Source: Octopus bimaculoides
Lineage: Eukaryota
Length of the DNA stretch: 32,332 nt
Assembly: GCF_001194135.2 (NCBI RefSeq)
Contig: NC_068986.1
Coordinates: forward strand, 15,807,274 to 15,839,605
Direction of reading: 5' to 3'
Position 1 is the stretch's first letter. Each line of letters opens with the position of its first letter. A program made the position numbers and the translations under genes. Below the pieces are notes generated by a model. That model had not been told where the DNA came from and ran no database searches. It saw only the letters and a list, made by a program, of their open reading frames with translations. Of this stretch, positions 11,307 through 22,402 are shown piece after piece.

Positions 11307-11951
11307 GGGCATATGGCGTAGTGGTTAAGAGCAGGGCTACTAACCCCAAGATTTCGAAATCGATTTCATGAAATGACCTGAATAATAATGATAATAATAA
11401 TAGTAATAATAATAGGGCTACAGCAAATATTCTGCTTAATACCACAGATTTGCTTGTCAATTGTTTGACCTTAACCAGTTGAGCATGTTCCTTGGTGGCT
11501 GACGATATGGGCATCTCTGATCACGAGCAGAAGTAGTGGGGGAGCATCATAGCCATGTGTTGAGAGGAGNNNNNNNNNNCACGAGCAGAAGTAGTGGGGG
11601 AGCATCATAGCCATGTGTTGAGAGGAGTTCTTTGGGGTTTGAATAATTCACCTTTGGAAACATGGGTGTTTTGCTCAACATCCTTAAACAAACCTTACTC
11701 AGGGACCTTTTGAGCGGGATGGGCTACTCGACCTGAAAAAAATTCTAACTGGGCCCCACCTGTGAGGTCATGCGCTTTTTATATTGATATGAGATCACCA
11801 TGTCGCGCACATATAGTTGTGATGCATGTGCCTGGTGTACCCTTATCAGACGGGTAGTCATGATAGGTATATTGGGCTTTGTATACTTTACCCCAGTGTC
11901 ACTTTGATGGCATGCACTGCTCTCTCACTCAATAATAATAATAATAATAAT
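11307..11951 (+). mobile_element. long tRNA-headed SINE (family V) with internal and terminal (AAT)n
   Basis: Head atggcgtagtggttaagagc..ctactaaccccaagatttcgaaatcgatttc, an AAT run, a body of about 500 bp shared with 8873-9359, and an AAT tail at 11931-11951. Confidence 0.82.
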
Positions 11952-12165
11952 ATGAAGAAGATGAAAAAAACAACAACAACATCGAAAAATACCTTAGGAA
12001 TGAGAACCCTGATGAAGTCTGGAGGGTATATCAGCCGAAATTTGTGTTAGCAACAAAACTGAGGACAAATATCCGTCAAATGTAAATAATGTAAATAATA
12101 AACCAAGGTTTAGAAATAATACGTTTCTAAAATCTCTCAGACAGATTTATGCAGTAGTGATACGA

Positions 12166-12392
12166 TGAAGTAATCGCTTGCTGTCAACTTAATGTGACAG
12201 TCCCCTGCAGGGAATAATACTACTGTTGGTTAGACCTAAGTAGCTGCACCACTTCCTGCCGGCCTTGACATAAGGACACAGGAAATATGTCAAGGCCGAC
12301 AAGAATCGGTGTAGCTTCCTAGGTCTAACCAACAGTAGTATTATTTCTTTCCGGGGACTGTCACATTAAGTTGATAACATACAACTACTTCA
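12166..12392. mobile_element. foldback (palindromic) MITE
   Basis: Perfect 22-bp inverted repeat at 12184-12205 / 12353-12374. Nested arms aataatactactgttggttagaccta / taggtctaaccaacagtagtattatt and cggccttgacata / tatgtcaaggccg. Confidence 0.85.
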
Positions 12393-12411
12393 ATAAACCT
12401 AAGTGTGTTCT

Positions 12412-13045
12412 ATTTTTTCACCATCTGACCCTGACATAAATTTTTCTCGTCTGAGAAAAAAACAAATCATGTTCGGTTGGAGGGGATATTTGCGTTTGTT
12501 CAGAAGCTTGGAAGCGCGGTCTTTACTTTAGTCGTTGGTGGATTGAGATATAAATTGGACCATTTCTTTCTTGTATGAGAAATACTTCATGCTCATGCAC
12601 TACCTGCCTGATGAGAAACTCAAACACTACCACGTCCCTTGCAATGGACCTGAAAGACATGGAGTGATCATTGTCAATCATGGCCTGGATATGACCAACA
12701 AATTCATAAATTGATTTTTGTTTTTATCAAAAGCTTTCCGAGCTGCTGTACCTTCGTAATCACCATTAGACTCATCCAGTTCTTTCCGAATCCACTGCAC
12801 TGTTCTCAGATCGATTCTCAAACACTCTGAAATGTTCGTATTATAGCTTCCGGAGTAAATGTCAAGAGGTACAGCATGTCGTTTCCAAATTTCTGGCATG
12901 CTGAATTGCGTCATGGTGCTATTTCTCTCACAGACGGTGCCCAATGGACCCTACTATACTGTGTGCTCAACAAAATCAAACACAATCAATATGCTTATGC
13001 GAAATTAAAAATATAAAATGGTGACAATTTAAACATCACACGCTG
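12412..13045 (-). mobile_element. maT/DD37D-like mariner transposon, 5' part
   Basis: 5' end cagcgtgtgatgtttaaattgtcacc (TIR-like). Translation MTQFSMPEIWKRHA..ISECLRIDLRTVQWIRKELDESNGDYEGTAARK...PNM..FFSDEKNLCQGQM, with frameshifts. Truncated. Confidence 0.8.
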
Positions 13046-13135
13046 TGTTTTTAGGAAACAAACAATCAAAGGAAGAACAAATGAAAACTAAAATGTTACC
13101 AAAGTGTTACATATATTAATGCACAAATATATAAT

Positions 13136-14062
13136 TCAGTTTACTTCTTCTATATTAATGAGTTGAATGCCAGGTTGAAGGTCCTTTATGTATACTATTT
13201 TTCTCTTATTCGTCTTCTTACAACATATTTGCTTCAAGTTTTCGCGAAACATTTTACTGGCAACGAAGTACAAAATAAAGTTCAGACAGTTATTAGCACA
13301 AGCTAACATATCCAATGATAAGTATGTCACAGAATCCAAGCATCCATTTAGTGTTATTACGAAGTAGTAAATTGACACAGGGAATGTCGTCAACAAAAAT
13401 ATAATATTTATGGTAACAACAATGTAAATGCTGTTCCTGAATCGTCCTGAAGAGTTGTGTTGTAAATTTTGGCCAAGTTTTGGTTGTTTAAGTAATTTGT
13501 AAGTCATAATAATAGAGCTGATAATTAAAAACACTGCTGGTATGAACGAATATATTACAGTTGAAGCAAGAAAAATTTGTGTAAGGCCTTTTAGTAATAC
13601 TATTAAGATTGCATAAATTACGCAATTGCAACAGAGAAGTGTCAACATTACAATATACGGAATGCAGGGCTTAGGGGAAATATGGCGAGAAAATGGGCTG
13701 TAAACTGCGAGTAGACGTTCCATTGATATAATGACTGTTAACCACGAAGAATATATATTTATAATAAAAACGATGTAAATAAAATATTTACTGGTCAGAA
13801 ATGTTTTTCTCTGGTCCCCAAAAGGCACATAATTCATCATAATTCTTGGATAATTTCCCCATAGTGCAAGTAAATCTACAACAAGCAGGCAAAAGAGGTA
13901 TGGTGTAATATTCGACCGAGGCATTTGTTTCCTGCATAATAATCCAATAACTGCTATATTACCGATACTGCCAAAAATCATGATCATTAACGAAACATAA
14001 CGTATAGTAGTGTTATTTAAAACAACTGGTACACCATCCGATATGAAGCTACAGTTTGTCAT
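13136..14062 (-). CDS. intronless class A GPCR, 308 aa from the first in-frame ATG; paralog of 1352-2272; N-terminus possibly longer
   Basis: 7 TM segments. Motifs GSIGN, LLVVD, YSSW..ISMERLLAVYSP, YSFIP, FLLTTFP, NNCLNFILY, KMFRENL. Colinear with GPCR1. Confidence 0.93.
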   Translation of the reverse strand: MTNCSFISDGVPVVLNNTTIRYVSLMIMIFGSIGNIAVIGLLCRKQMPRSNITPYLFCLLVVDLLALWGNYPRIMMNYVPFGDQRKTFLTSKYFIYIVFIINIYSSWLTVIISMERLLAVYSPFSRHISPKPCIPYIVMLTLLCCNCVIYAILIVLLKGLTQIFLASTVIYSFIPAVFLIISSIIMTYKLLKQPKLGQNLQHNSSGRFRNSIYIVVTINIIFLLTTFPVSIYYFVITLNGCLDSVTYLSLDMLACANNCLNFILYFVASKMFRENLKQICCKKTNKRKIVYIKDLQPGIQLINIEEVN

Positions 14063-15142
14063 TTTGTATATTGTGCTAAATTCGTTATCGGTAAAATTTG
14101 GAAGTGTCCATGCTTCAATTTCAGAATCAACAGTCTCTGAAATATTACTTTTCTGCCATTGACAATGTTCTATGCGAGCAGTCGTTTTCAGTCATTTAAC
14201 ATGTAACACCAAAAGTACACTAATGAAAATATCCAGCAATGCCTCGCCTTATCAATCTCTTCACTTCTGTTACTGCTGCTTCTCGCAAGCATGACGGCGA
14301 TGGTGACGATGATGACAGTTATCTCGTTACTAAGATACTTTCCTATAAAGCAAATAAGGAATCGATTAATACTGTGGTGTGTTCCATTTACACCAATTTT
14401 GTTAGATATTGCCATCGGCTTAGTACTTGTAAAATAACGGATTCACAGAGAAAAACTAAATGGAAGGACTGCACGGGCACTATTCATAGATTTCTGAATC
14501 TATTACGTTGAGTATATGAAGTGTTTCATAGTTAAACTTACTTTTGCTGCTACTATCGACGATGCTGTTCTCGCATTTGTAACTACTGCAGTTGCTGCTG
14601 TTGTCTTTCATAACCAGCCTCCAAGTCGGTCTTCGTCAATTATAATTATTCTACACAAAAATACAGACATTGTCGTGATGATATATACCAATAGCAATAC
14701 AAAACTGTATCTACTGTTTTTTCCGTACATTAACAAATGGCTTTAGTGAAAATTAGCTGGAATATACATTAGGTCGTATGACTTGCGTAAATACTTGCTC
14801 ATTCATTTATGGGCGTCATCTAATGAGAATAATAATACTGCACCACCACCTACTACTTGATATAATTTCTAACGATGGATACACCCCAAATCCCTTTCAT
14901 TAGTGAGTGCTATTCATCATGTGATTTACAACAAACACTCATCAATTCTATCATGGAGAAATAAATCTCTAGCATACGGTAAAACTGAATAAGGTGGTTG
15001 ATAGCTTAAGACAGAGATTAGGGAAGTGTATCCTTTATTAATATAATTCACAGCATTTTACATTTTAAGACATTGACGAAATAAAATATAGTTATAAACA
15101 CATTCCTTGTCATTAGTTTAACTCTAAAGCAGAATAATTAGA

Positions 15143-15315
15143 AGGCCGAACGAATTGTTGCAAAGCTTTTCCTCCGTATTTTCGAAAAGAGTTCAAATAG
15201 CGCCGAGCTCGACTTTTGCCATCATTCTTTCGGGATCTATAAAATAACAGTCAAGTACTGGAGTCAATGTAATCGACTTCCCCTGCTCCTCAAAAAGTGC
15301 CAAATGTTGAAACCA
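15143..15315 (+). mobile_element. degenerate SINE, family IV
   Basis: gagttcaaatagcgccgagctcgacttttgccatcattctttcgggatctataaaataacag..tactggagtcaatgtaatcgact. Confidence 0.6.
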
Positions 15316-15339
15316 TTATGAGTTTCACTCCTTAAATGT

Positions 15340-15880
15340 ATACTATAATCTTATTCATAAATGGCAATTTCTGTCTGTCGATCTGTCTGTTATTTTCTTC
15401 CTGCCTACATTAGTGAACCAATCTTGACGAAACTTTGCATATATGTTAAACTAACATGTAGTTCAATTATAGGCTAAAAAAATTTCCATAAAAATCTGTA
15501 ATGGGCCTTGTGTGTGTAGAGTGCTCTTATTTGATAACATGTAAAGGGTACAAGATGGTTAGTATGAGAGAAATGTGGTGGTGTAGTGAGTGTGTGTGAT
15601 ACCAGGGAATGCGAGAACAGAGTTGCGTCAGAGAAAATATGGAATGGTAACGGGTTGCTAACGGTAATACAACTGCCATTCAAGGATATACATGCAATGC
15701 TGCATACATATTTTCGTAAATACATAGATACATACATACACACAAACTGCACACACACACATGCACATACACATAACTAACTTTTGGAAAGCCGAAGATG
15801 GGAAAGAAAGGTAGATGTGAAAAATACGTAGCTTTAGGGAAAGAGGGGTTAGGTGACGTTTCTGCTGTCCATTACAAAGA
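15340..15880 (+). mobile_element. interspersed repeat with a Helitron-type (HINE-like) 5' region; partial second copy at 17020-17643
   Basis: tatactataatc..ctgtctgtc..gaaccaatcttgacgaaactttgcatatatg resembles non-autonomous Helitron 5' ends. 15603-15878 aligns by eye to 17020-17138 plus 17477-17643. Confidence 0.5.
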
Positions 15881-17149
15881 AATATTCACACACAGACACA
15901 CGGACACACGTACATATATGTCTGCACTTACGTACGTACTTACATACGTACATGCATATGTTTACAGCATTTTCAACTCATGATTACCTGCGTATGCTTT
16001 TATAGTTTGTGCGTATGTTTGTGCGTGTGTGTGTTCATGGGCGCGTGTGTGTGTGTGATGTGTGTGTGTGTGTGTGCGTGTGTGTGTGCGTGTATGTGTG
16101 TGTGTGTGTGTTTCTAATGTTGTAGAGTCTTCCCTGTTGCTGGCACATATTGTGAAAGTTTAAAATTGCGTCAAAATTTCAAATCTGGTATATTGAAATA
16201 ATTTTCCACGTTAAATCCGATTTTACTGGATCTGGAAGCTGGTATTTTCTGTATGATAGCTGCTTATCACAAATGAAAGCAATATCATTACGAGGAGGAA
16301 TTTCTATTAAGCAGACGAAAGCAAAATATTACGACGATAAATTTGTAAGAACTTCTGAAGTTTTCATAAGCTTTAATGAATAAAGTCATGTGATACTGTC
16401 TAAAAGACATTTGAATAACATAAAAAGAGAAAAAAAATCTTCATCGAAGAATTTTTGCGAAATATTACACAAACCTGTCTTGAACAAGAGGTCTATCTGC
16501 CGAGGAAGTCATGGTCTGACATGAAATAACACAAAAATTTAATATAAGACTTTCTTTTGTAAAATTTTGCCCGGCAACGATGGGCTGTTCAACTAGTGTC
16601 TAACATATTTTACAGCAAGAAAAAAAAAGAAGAAAAAAAAACCAAGCGAACGATGAAATTCTCAACACCAGCTTTTGATTAATATACTTTACGAATTGTG
16701 CGGCACCTTATATTATCTGGAGAAGTGTTCTGAAATGATTGAAGTTTTTACTAATCATGTTTGCATTCATTTTGAAGAAGAGGCAAAGATTTGCGATATA
16801 AGGGAGAAAAAAATTCAGATCCGTTTACTACAGATGCTTTTCAAGGATTTTTTTTCAAGAACAATTACAGGAATCGTGTTATGAACTACAAAGTCTTGAA
16901 CGAAGTTTAATACATAATACGGAATGCAGCGAAAATTATTAAAGTAAAAGCACTTCAGAACGAGAGGAATAAATATCGGACAAGTGATATAAATAGTGTA
17001 TTGTGTTTTCTTACAGCATAGGGAAGGCGAGAACAGAATTGTGTAAGAGAGAAATATGGTGAGGTAATTGTTGCTAATGGTAATACGTATGTCGTTCAAG
17101 GATATACAAGCGATACAGCATACATATTTTCTTAAATGCATAGGTACAT

Positions 17150-17474
17150 GGAGCACTCCGTTGGTTACGACGACGGGTGTCCCAGCTGATACGATCAACA
17201 GAACAGCTTGCTCGTGAAATTAACGTGCAAGTGACTGAGCAATCCACAGACACGTGTACCCTAAACGTAGTTCTCAGGGATATTCAGCGTGACACAGCGT
17301 GTTGCAAGGCAGGCACTTTGAAATACAGGTACAACTCATTTTTGCCAGGTGAGTGGACTGCGGCAACGTGAAATAAAGTGTCTTGCTCAAGGACACAACG
17401 CGTCGCCGGGAATTGAACTCATGACCTTACAATTGCGAGCCGAATGCCCTAACCACTAAGCCACGCGCCTTCAC
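17150..17474 (-). mobile_element. full-length tRNA-SINE, family II
   Basis: The reverse complement has A box tggcttagtgg, B box gagttcaattccc and CORE-like gttgtgtccttgagcaagacacttt. TSD cataggtacat / catagatacat (17139-17149 and 17477-17487). The 3' half is shared with family I. Confidence 0.9.
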
Positions 17475-18213
17475 TACATAGATACATAAATACACACATA
17501 CACACTGCAAAGACACACACACACACACATGCACATAGACATAATTAACTTTTGAAACGCCGAGGATGAGAAAGGTAGATGTGAGAAATACGTAACTTTA
17601 GGGAAAAAGGGAGTAGGTGACATTTCTGCTGTCCATTACAAAGTTGCTACTAGTAGCCTGCTGGAGCTACTTGCAGCACCTTTATTTATATTATCAGCAG
17701 ATATTATTATAAACAGCAATATCCTTGTAGTAAAGATTGTTTGCCAACCTAATATGGCAGTCCCGGTTTAGGACTAATGTTGCTGTAATTTAACCCCAGG
17801 AGACATCGTCTCCAGCTGGCTATGCAACACGATCTGTGTCCTTATAATTTCGAACAAGGGATTCTAGCAACCCCACTCAGCTCAAAACAATATCTGTGTA
17901 TCGCGATTTCTAGGTTATTTCCCTTCATCAGCACAGAAAAAAATACTCGACTAGAGTGGCGCTGCCAAATTCCCGTTCGAAATATATAGTTTTAAAGTGA
18001 CATCTAGTCACTGATTTTTAAATTAGAAAATCTCACGTTGTGAGATTTAAAAATAGAGATTTTAAAATTTTCTAATTACATCCTTATATGTATATGAGAG
18101 TTTGTGAGCGCGTGTGTGCGTCTGTGCAATGAAAAGAGGGGAAAAAGTATCTTTAATGTAAATACATCACTATAACCACTGTATGTTAGATTTCAATATG
18201 ATTAAGATGACAT

Positions 18214-18597
18214 GGAGGTGCAATAGCCCAGTGGTTAAGGCAGCGGACTCACGGTTATAGGATCGCGGTTTCGAATCCCAGACCGGGCGTTGTGTGTGTT
18301 TATTAAGAGAAAACACCTAAAGCTCCCAGAGGCTCCGGCAGGGAATGGTAGCGAACCCTGATGTACTCTTTCACCACAACTTTCTCTCACTCTTACTTCC
18401 TGTTTCTGTTGTGCTTGTAATTCAAACGGTCAGCCTTGTCACACTGTGTCACGCTGAATCTCCCCGAGAACTACGTTAAGGGTACACGTGTCTGTGGAGT
18501 GCTCAGCCACTTGCACGTTAATTTCACGAGCAGGCTGTACCGTTGATCGGATCAACTAGAACCCTCCACGTCGTAAGCGACGGAGTGCCAACCATAT
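18214..18597 (+). mobile_element. full-length tRNA-SINE, family I
   Basis: A and B boxes present. TSD gatgacat (18206-18213 and 18598-18605). Colinear with 7192-7574. Confidence 0.92.
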
Positions 18598-18659
18598 GAT
18601 GACATAGGAAATTTGCTTTTCTCTATAAGATGTACTTTTTAAATAGAGATGTGTCATAT

Positions 18660-19290
18660 ATACAAGACGCGGGTGGTGTCTGTTCCAAATTTTCAATTGC
18701 TAATTTTATGCCTATTTTTTTTTTTTACTTTCGTTTTGTGTTTTTAGCTTTCTTAAATACAAAAACCATTTTTGCTGTATTTGGGGGGAATTCGCGAGGG
18801 GACGACATTCAAGGAAATTTCAGACTTCAAAAACCTCAGCAGAAGGACGGTAGAAAAGATCAGAAAGGAGCTGGAAGATTACGAGGTGACAGCGGAGTGG
18901 AAAACTCATGAGCGACAATCTGATGCCATCAGAATGCTTGAAATCGTCGCCGAAAATCCAAGAGATCATAAGCAATAATTCCAGCAAGGAGATGCGTGTC
19001 ATTTCACGCGATAAAGGTATCGATGAAAAGCTCATGTGGCTCATGGTGCATGCGGACATTCGATACTTTTCATACCTGGTGAGGGAAGTATTTCCGTCTA
19101 AACCGATACAGGAAAAACGATTCAAGCATACTAAGAAGCTGGCCAACAATTTGAAACACCTGCTGGAACCGAACATGCTGTGGCTTGCTGTCTCATTCTA
19201 GGACGTGCCCACAGACATGCAGCTGAAATTTCCAACAAAAGTTTTGGTCTTCGGTATCGTTGTCCGTCAAGGTGGTGTCATGTAACCATA
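18660..19290 (+). mobile_element. maT/DD37D-like transposase relic (second, diverged subfamily)
   Basis: RRTVEKIRKELEDYEVTAEWKTH..SD..R...ISRDKGIDEKL...HADIRYFSY...LKHLLEPNMLWLA..DVP...KFPTKVLVFGIV. Homologous to 12412-13045. Confidence 0.8.
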
Positions 19291-20135
19291 TACGCGTTCG
19301 CCACTGGGGGTGAACAACTTGTATAGGATTCTGAGAATTATGCTTTCCTTACAGTTCGTGCTGACGAGAAACAGATATTTTCGGTAAGGGGATACTAATT
19401 TGGAAACTAGTACACGAATAATAATTTCTTNNNNNNNNNNNNNNNNNNNNNNNNNNNNNNNNNNNNNNNNNNNNNNNNNNNNNNNNNNNNNNNNNNNNNN
19501 NNNNNNNNNNNNNNNNNNNNNNNNNNNNNNNNNNNNNNNNNNNNNNNNNNNNNNNNNNNNNNNNNNNNNNNNNNNNNNNNNNNNNNNNNNNNNNNNNNNN
19601 NNNNNNNNNNNNNNNNNNNNNNNNNNNNNNNNNNNNNNNNNNNNNNNNNNNNNNNNNNNNNNNNNNNNNNNNNNNNNNNNNNNNNNNNNNNNNNNNNNNN
19701 NNNNNNNNNNNNNNNNNNNNNNNNNNNNNNNNNNNNNNNNNNNNNNNNNNNNNNNNNNNNNNNNNNNNNNNNNNNNNNNNNNNNNNNNNNNNNNNNNNNN
19801 NNNNNNNNNNNNNNNNNNNNNNNNNNNNNNNNNNNNNNNNNNNNNNNNNNNNNNNNNNNNNNNNNNNNNNNNNNNNNNNNNNNNNNNNNNNNNNNNNNNN
19901 NNNNNNNNNNNNNNNNNNNNNNNNNNNNNNNNNNNNNNNNNNNNNNNNNNNNNNNNNNNNNNNNNNNNNNNNNNNNNNNNNNNNNNNNNNNNNNNNNNNN
20001 NNNNNNNNNNNNNNNNNNNNNNNNNNNNNNNNNNNNNNNNNNNNNNNNNNNNNNNNNNNNNNNNNNNNNNNNNNNNNNNNNNNNNNNNNNNNNNNNNNNN
20101 NNNNNNNNNNNNNNNNNNNNNNNNNNNNNNNNNNN

Positions 20136-20178
<43 letters not shown>

Positions 20179-20696
20179 TATAATATAATAATAATATAAT
20201 ATAATATAATATAATATAAATCCCGTTTTGTGTGTGTATGTGTGTGTTTAAAAGATTATAACTACTGTATTTTTCAACTGATTTACTCCAAACTTGGAAC
20301 ATACATTACTTACGTTCCAAAGATGGTTTTAGACGTTTAATAATTTTCACACAATGAGTAACGTGCGCGTTGGGCGCAGGAAATACCTATTCCTGTGTTA
20401 CATAGATAAGGGAGATAACTCTTGGCAAAATAACTGTTAGAATTTGATTGCCACCCTTACATTCATTCTTCAAAAAAGTATCAGTCTCATCTAGTATATT
20501 AAATACAGATGATACATGTCTATCTGCATTTCACACGTATGTTTTTCTCTCTACATCTCCCTTTCTAGGTCTCTCTTTCTATATCTCTCTGTTCAACTTT
20601 ATCTCTACATTTATCTATTTCTCTGTCTCTATTTGTCGATATGGTGTCTAAGTATCTATATCTTACCTGTCAATCTATATATTATCTATCAATCTA

Positions 20697-20914
20697 TGTC
20701 ATATCGCACGTTCGCATGGTGTGCCTTCGTCAATAACGTACCTCTACTCAACTACCGAACTCTCACTTCCGACGATTCGACTCAACGGAGCTCGACGTCT
20801 CGACCACTCACTGCTCCGGCTCGCTCTCTGCGACGTTTCTACCACTAGCTGTCACGTCCACTATTTATACGTATTACACTAGCCTACTTATCGTCTGGGG
20901 TCATCCACACAACA
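20697..20914 (-). mobile_element. solo-LTR-like insert inside the Helitron microsatellite
   Basis: TGT...ACA ends, CpG-rich interior, minus-strand GTATAAATAG at 20870-20861. Only CTA is repeated on the flanks, so there is no clean TSD. Confidence 0.35.
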
Positions 20915-21536
20915 CTATATCTATCTTATTTGTCTAACTAGATAGCTCTCTTTTTCTCTCCTTCTCTGTATATTGTCACTTCCATTTTTCAGACGCTATT
21001 GTTTTCCCTGTAAGTTTTTAATCGCTATTTACAAACAACAACATCGATACATTACTCACAGAAGTAAATTCATAAATTCCACTTCAATCCATACATTTCG
21101 TTAAATTTGCATAAAAATCTCTTATTTATTTTGCAACGTCTTGTGTTTTAGGGGATGGGGTGTGGTAGGTGGGGGATGGAATTACTGATGAAATAAGTGC
21201 ATAATTTACTGATAGAAGTAACTTCACAAATTTCACTTAAATTCGTACACATAGTTAATTTCCCTGGAAATTTCTCATTTACTTTTGTAACAGTTTTGTG
21301 TTTTCCTGTTCTTAACTGATTTTTTCTGGTTCCTAAAATACTGGCTCTTTGGTTCACTAAGTTATACATTTCACTTTAACCCGTAGAATTCTTTATTTTC
21401 CGTTGAAATTTCTTATTAAATTTCTGCCCGTCGTATTAAGAAATATAATTTCCGTTACCCAGTTATTTTCATTATTTACTATATTCTGCACCCACGTATT
21501 TCTCTATATGTATATAGCCATACCTAGACATCTACA

Positions 21537-22126
21537 ATGTTATGGTCAGCCAAAAGAATATCTCTGTCTAAGAAGAGAGAGACAGCTGCAGAAAGGGAAG
21601 CATACCAAGAAATGATCAGACTGTACACTACAAAAGCCAGAGCATCACAAAGTAATGAACAGAGGTATGCACAACTGACAAGGAGTAGGATATCCACAGC
21701 AGAACAAAGAGCAGTTGTAACAGCTCAAAGAAGCAACTTCTATGAAGCAGCTTTGAATTATGTTCTGGCAGTTCATTATGCAGATGACATTTATGTTTCC
21801 ATTGGTGCACTGCCAACTGAGTGCATACATAGTAAAGCAAGGAGGTGGCCTGGAGAGACACCTGCACTGCGCTGCAGTGGTGAAAAGGTTAAACTCCCTG
21901 CAATCGTCAACCTCCAGAACTATTGAAGAAACTGCTGCCATCAACTGACCAAGATTCCAAGCATTTCCAAAAAAAATTAGACAATAGAACGCTGCATTAC
22001 GGATAGCATCATTTGGAGCCACAAGGGATTTAACTGAGCCAGGATTCATGCAAACTTTCAAGATCCAAGGTCAGGTTTATCATTGGATTGTCTCACTACT
22101 CCTGTCTAACGAAACGCCAGAATCGG
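21537..22126 (+). pseudogene. Helitron RepHel N-terminal coding remnant
   Basis: YEAALNY..YADDIYVSIGALPTECIHSKARRWPGETPALRCSGEKVKLP, then after a frameshift PPELLKKLL...SKHF..IRQ*NAALRIASFGA...GFMQTFKIQGQVYHWIVSLL. Confidence 0.88.
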
Positions 22127-22402
22127 CCTTTCCTTGTTTATATCTTCCTGGTTTTGGTTACGAAATGAGTGGCAGAAAATGTGTTTTTGAATTACGTGTA
22201 TTTACTTCATATGCATATATGAATTGAAAAAAATTATTTTAACATTTAACTTAACGTTTATGTTTCATGCTGGCATGGGTAGGGAGTTATCGATGTAGAA
22301 AGCTGGTATCTCAGCCACTAGGAATTGAGACCTGTGTAATCTAGACGGCGTTTTTAAATTTCATTGTTCTCTTTAACCGGGCAATGCCGGGTATATCTGC
22401 TA

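Noticed and set aside
11522-11627. 48-bp direct repeat on either side of a 10-N gap
   Set aside because: Typical overlap of contig ends (assembly artefact). The other copy of the element has it once.
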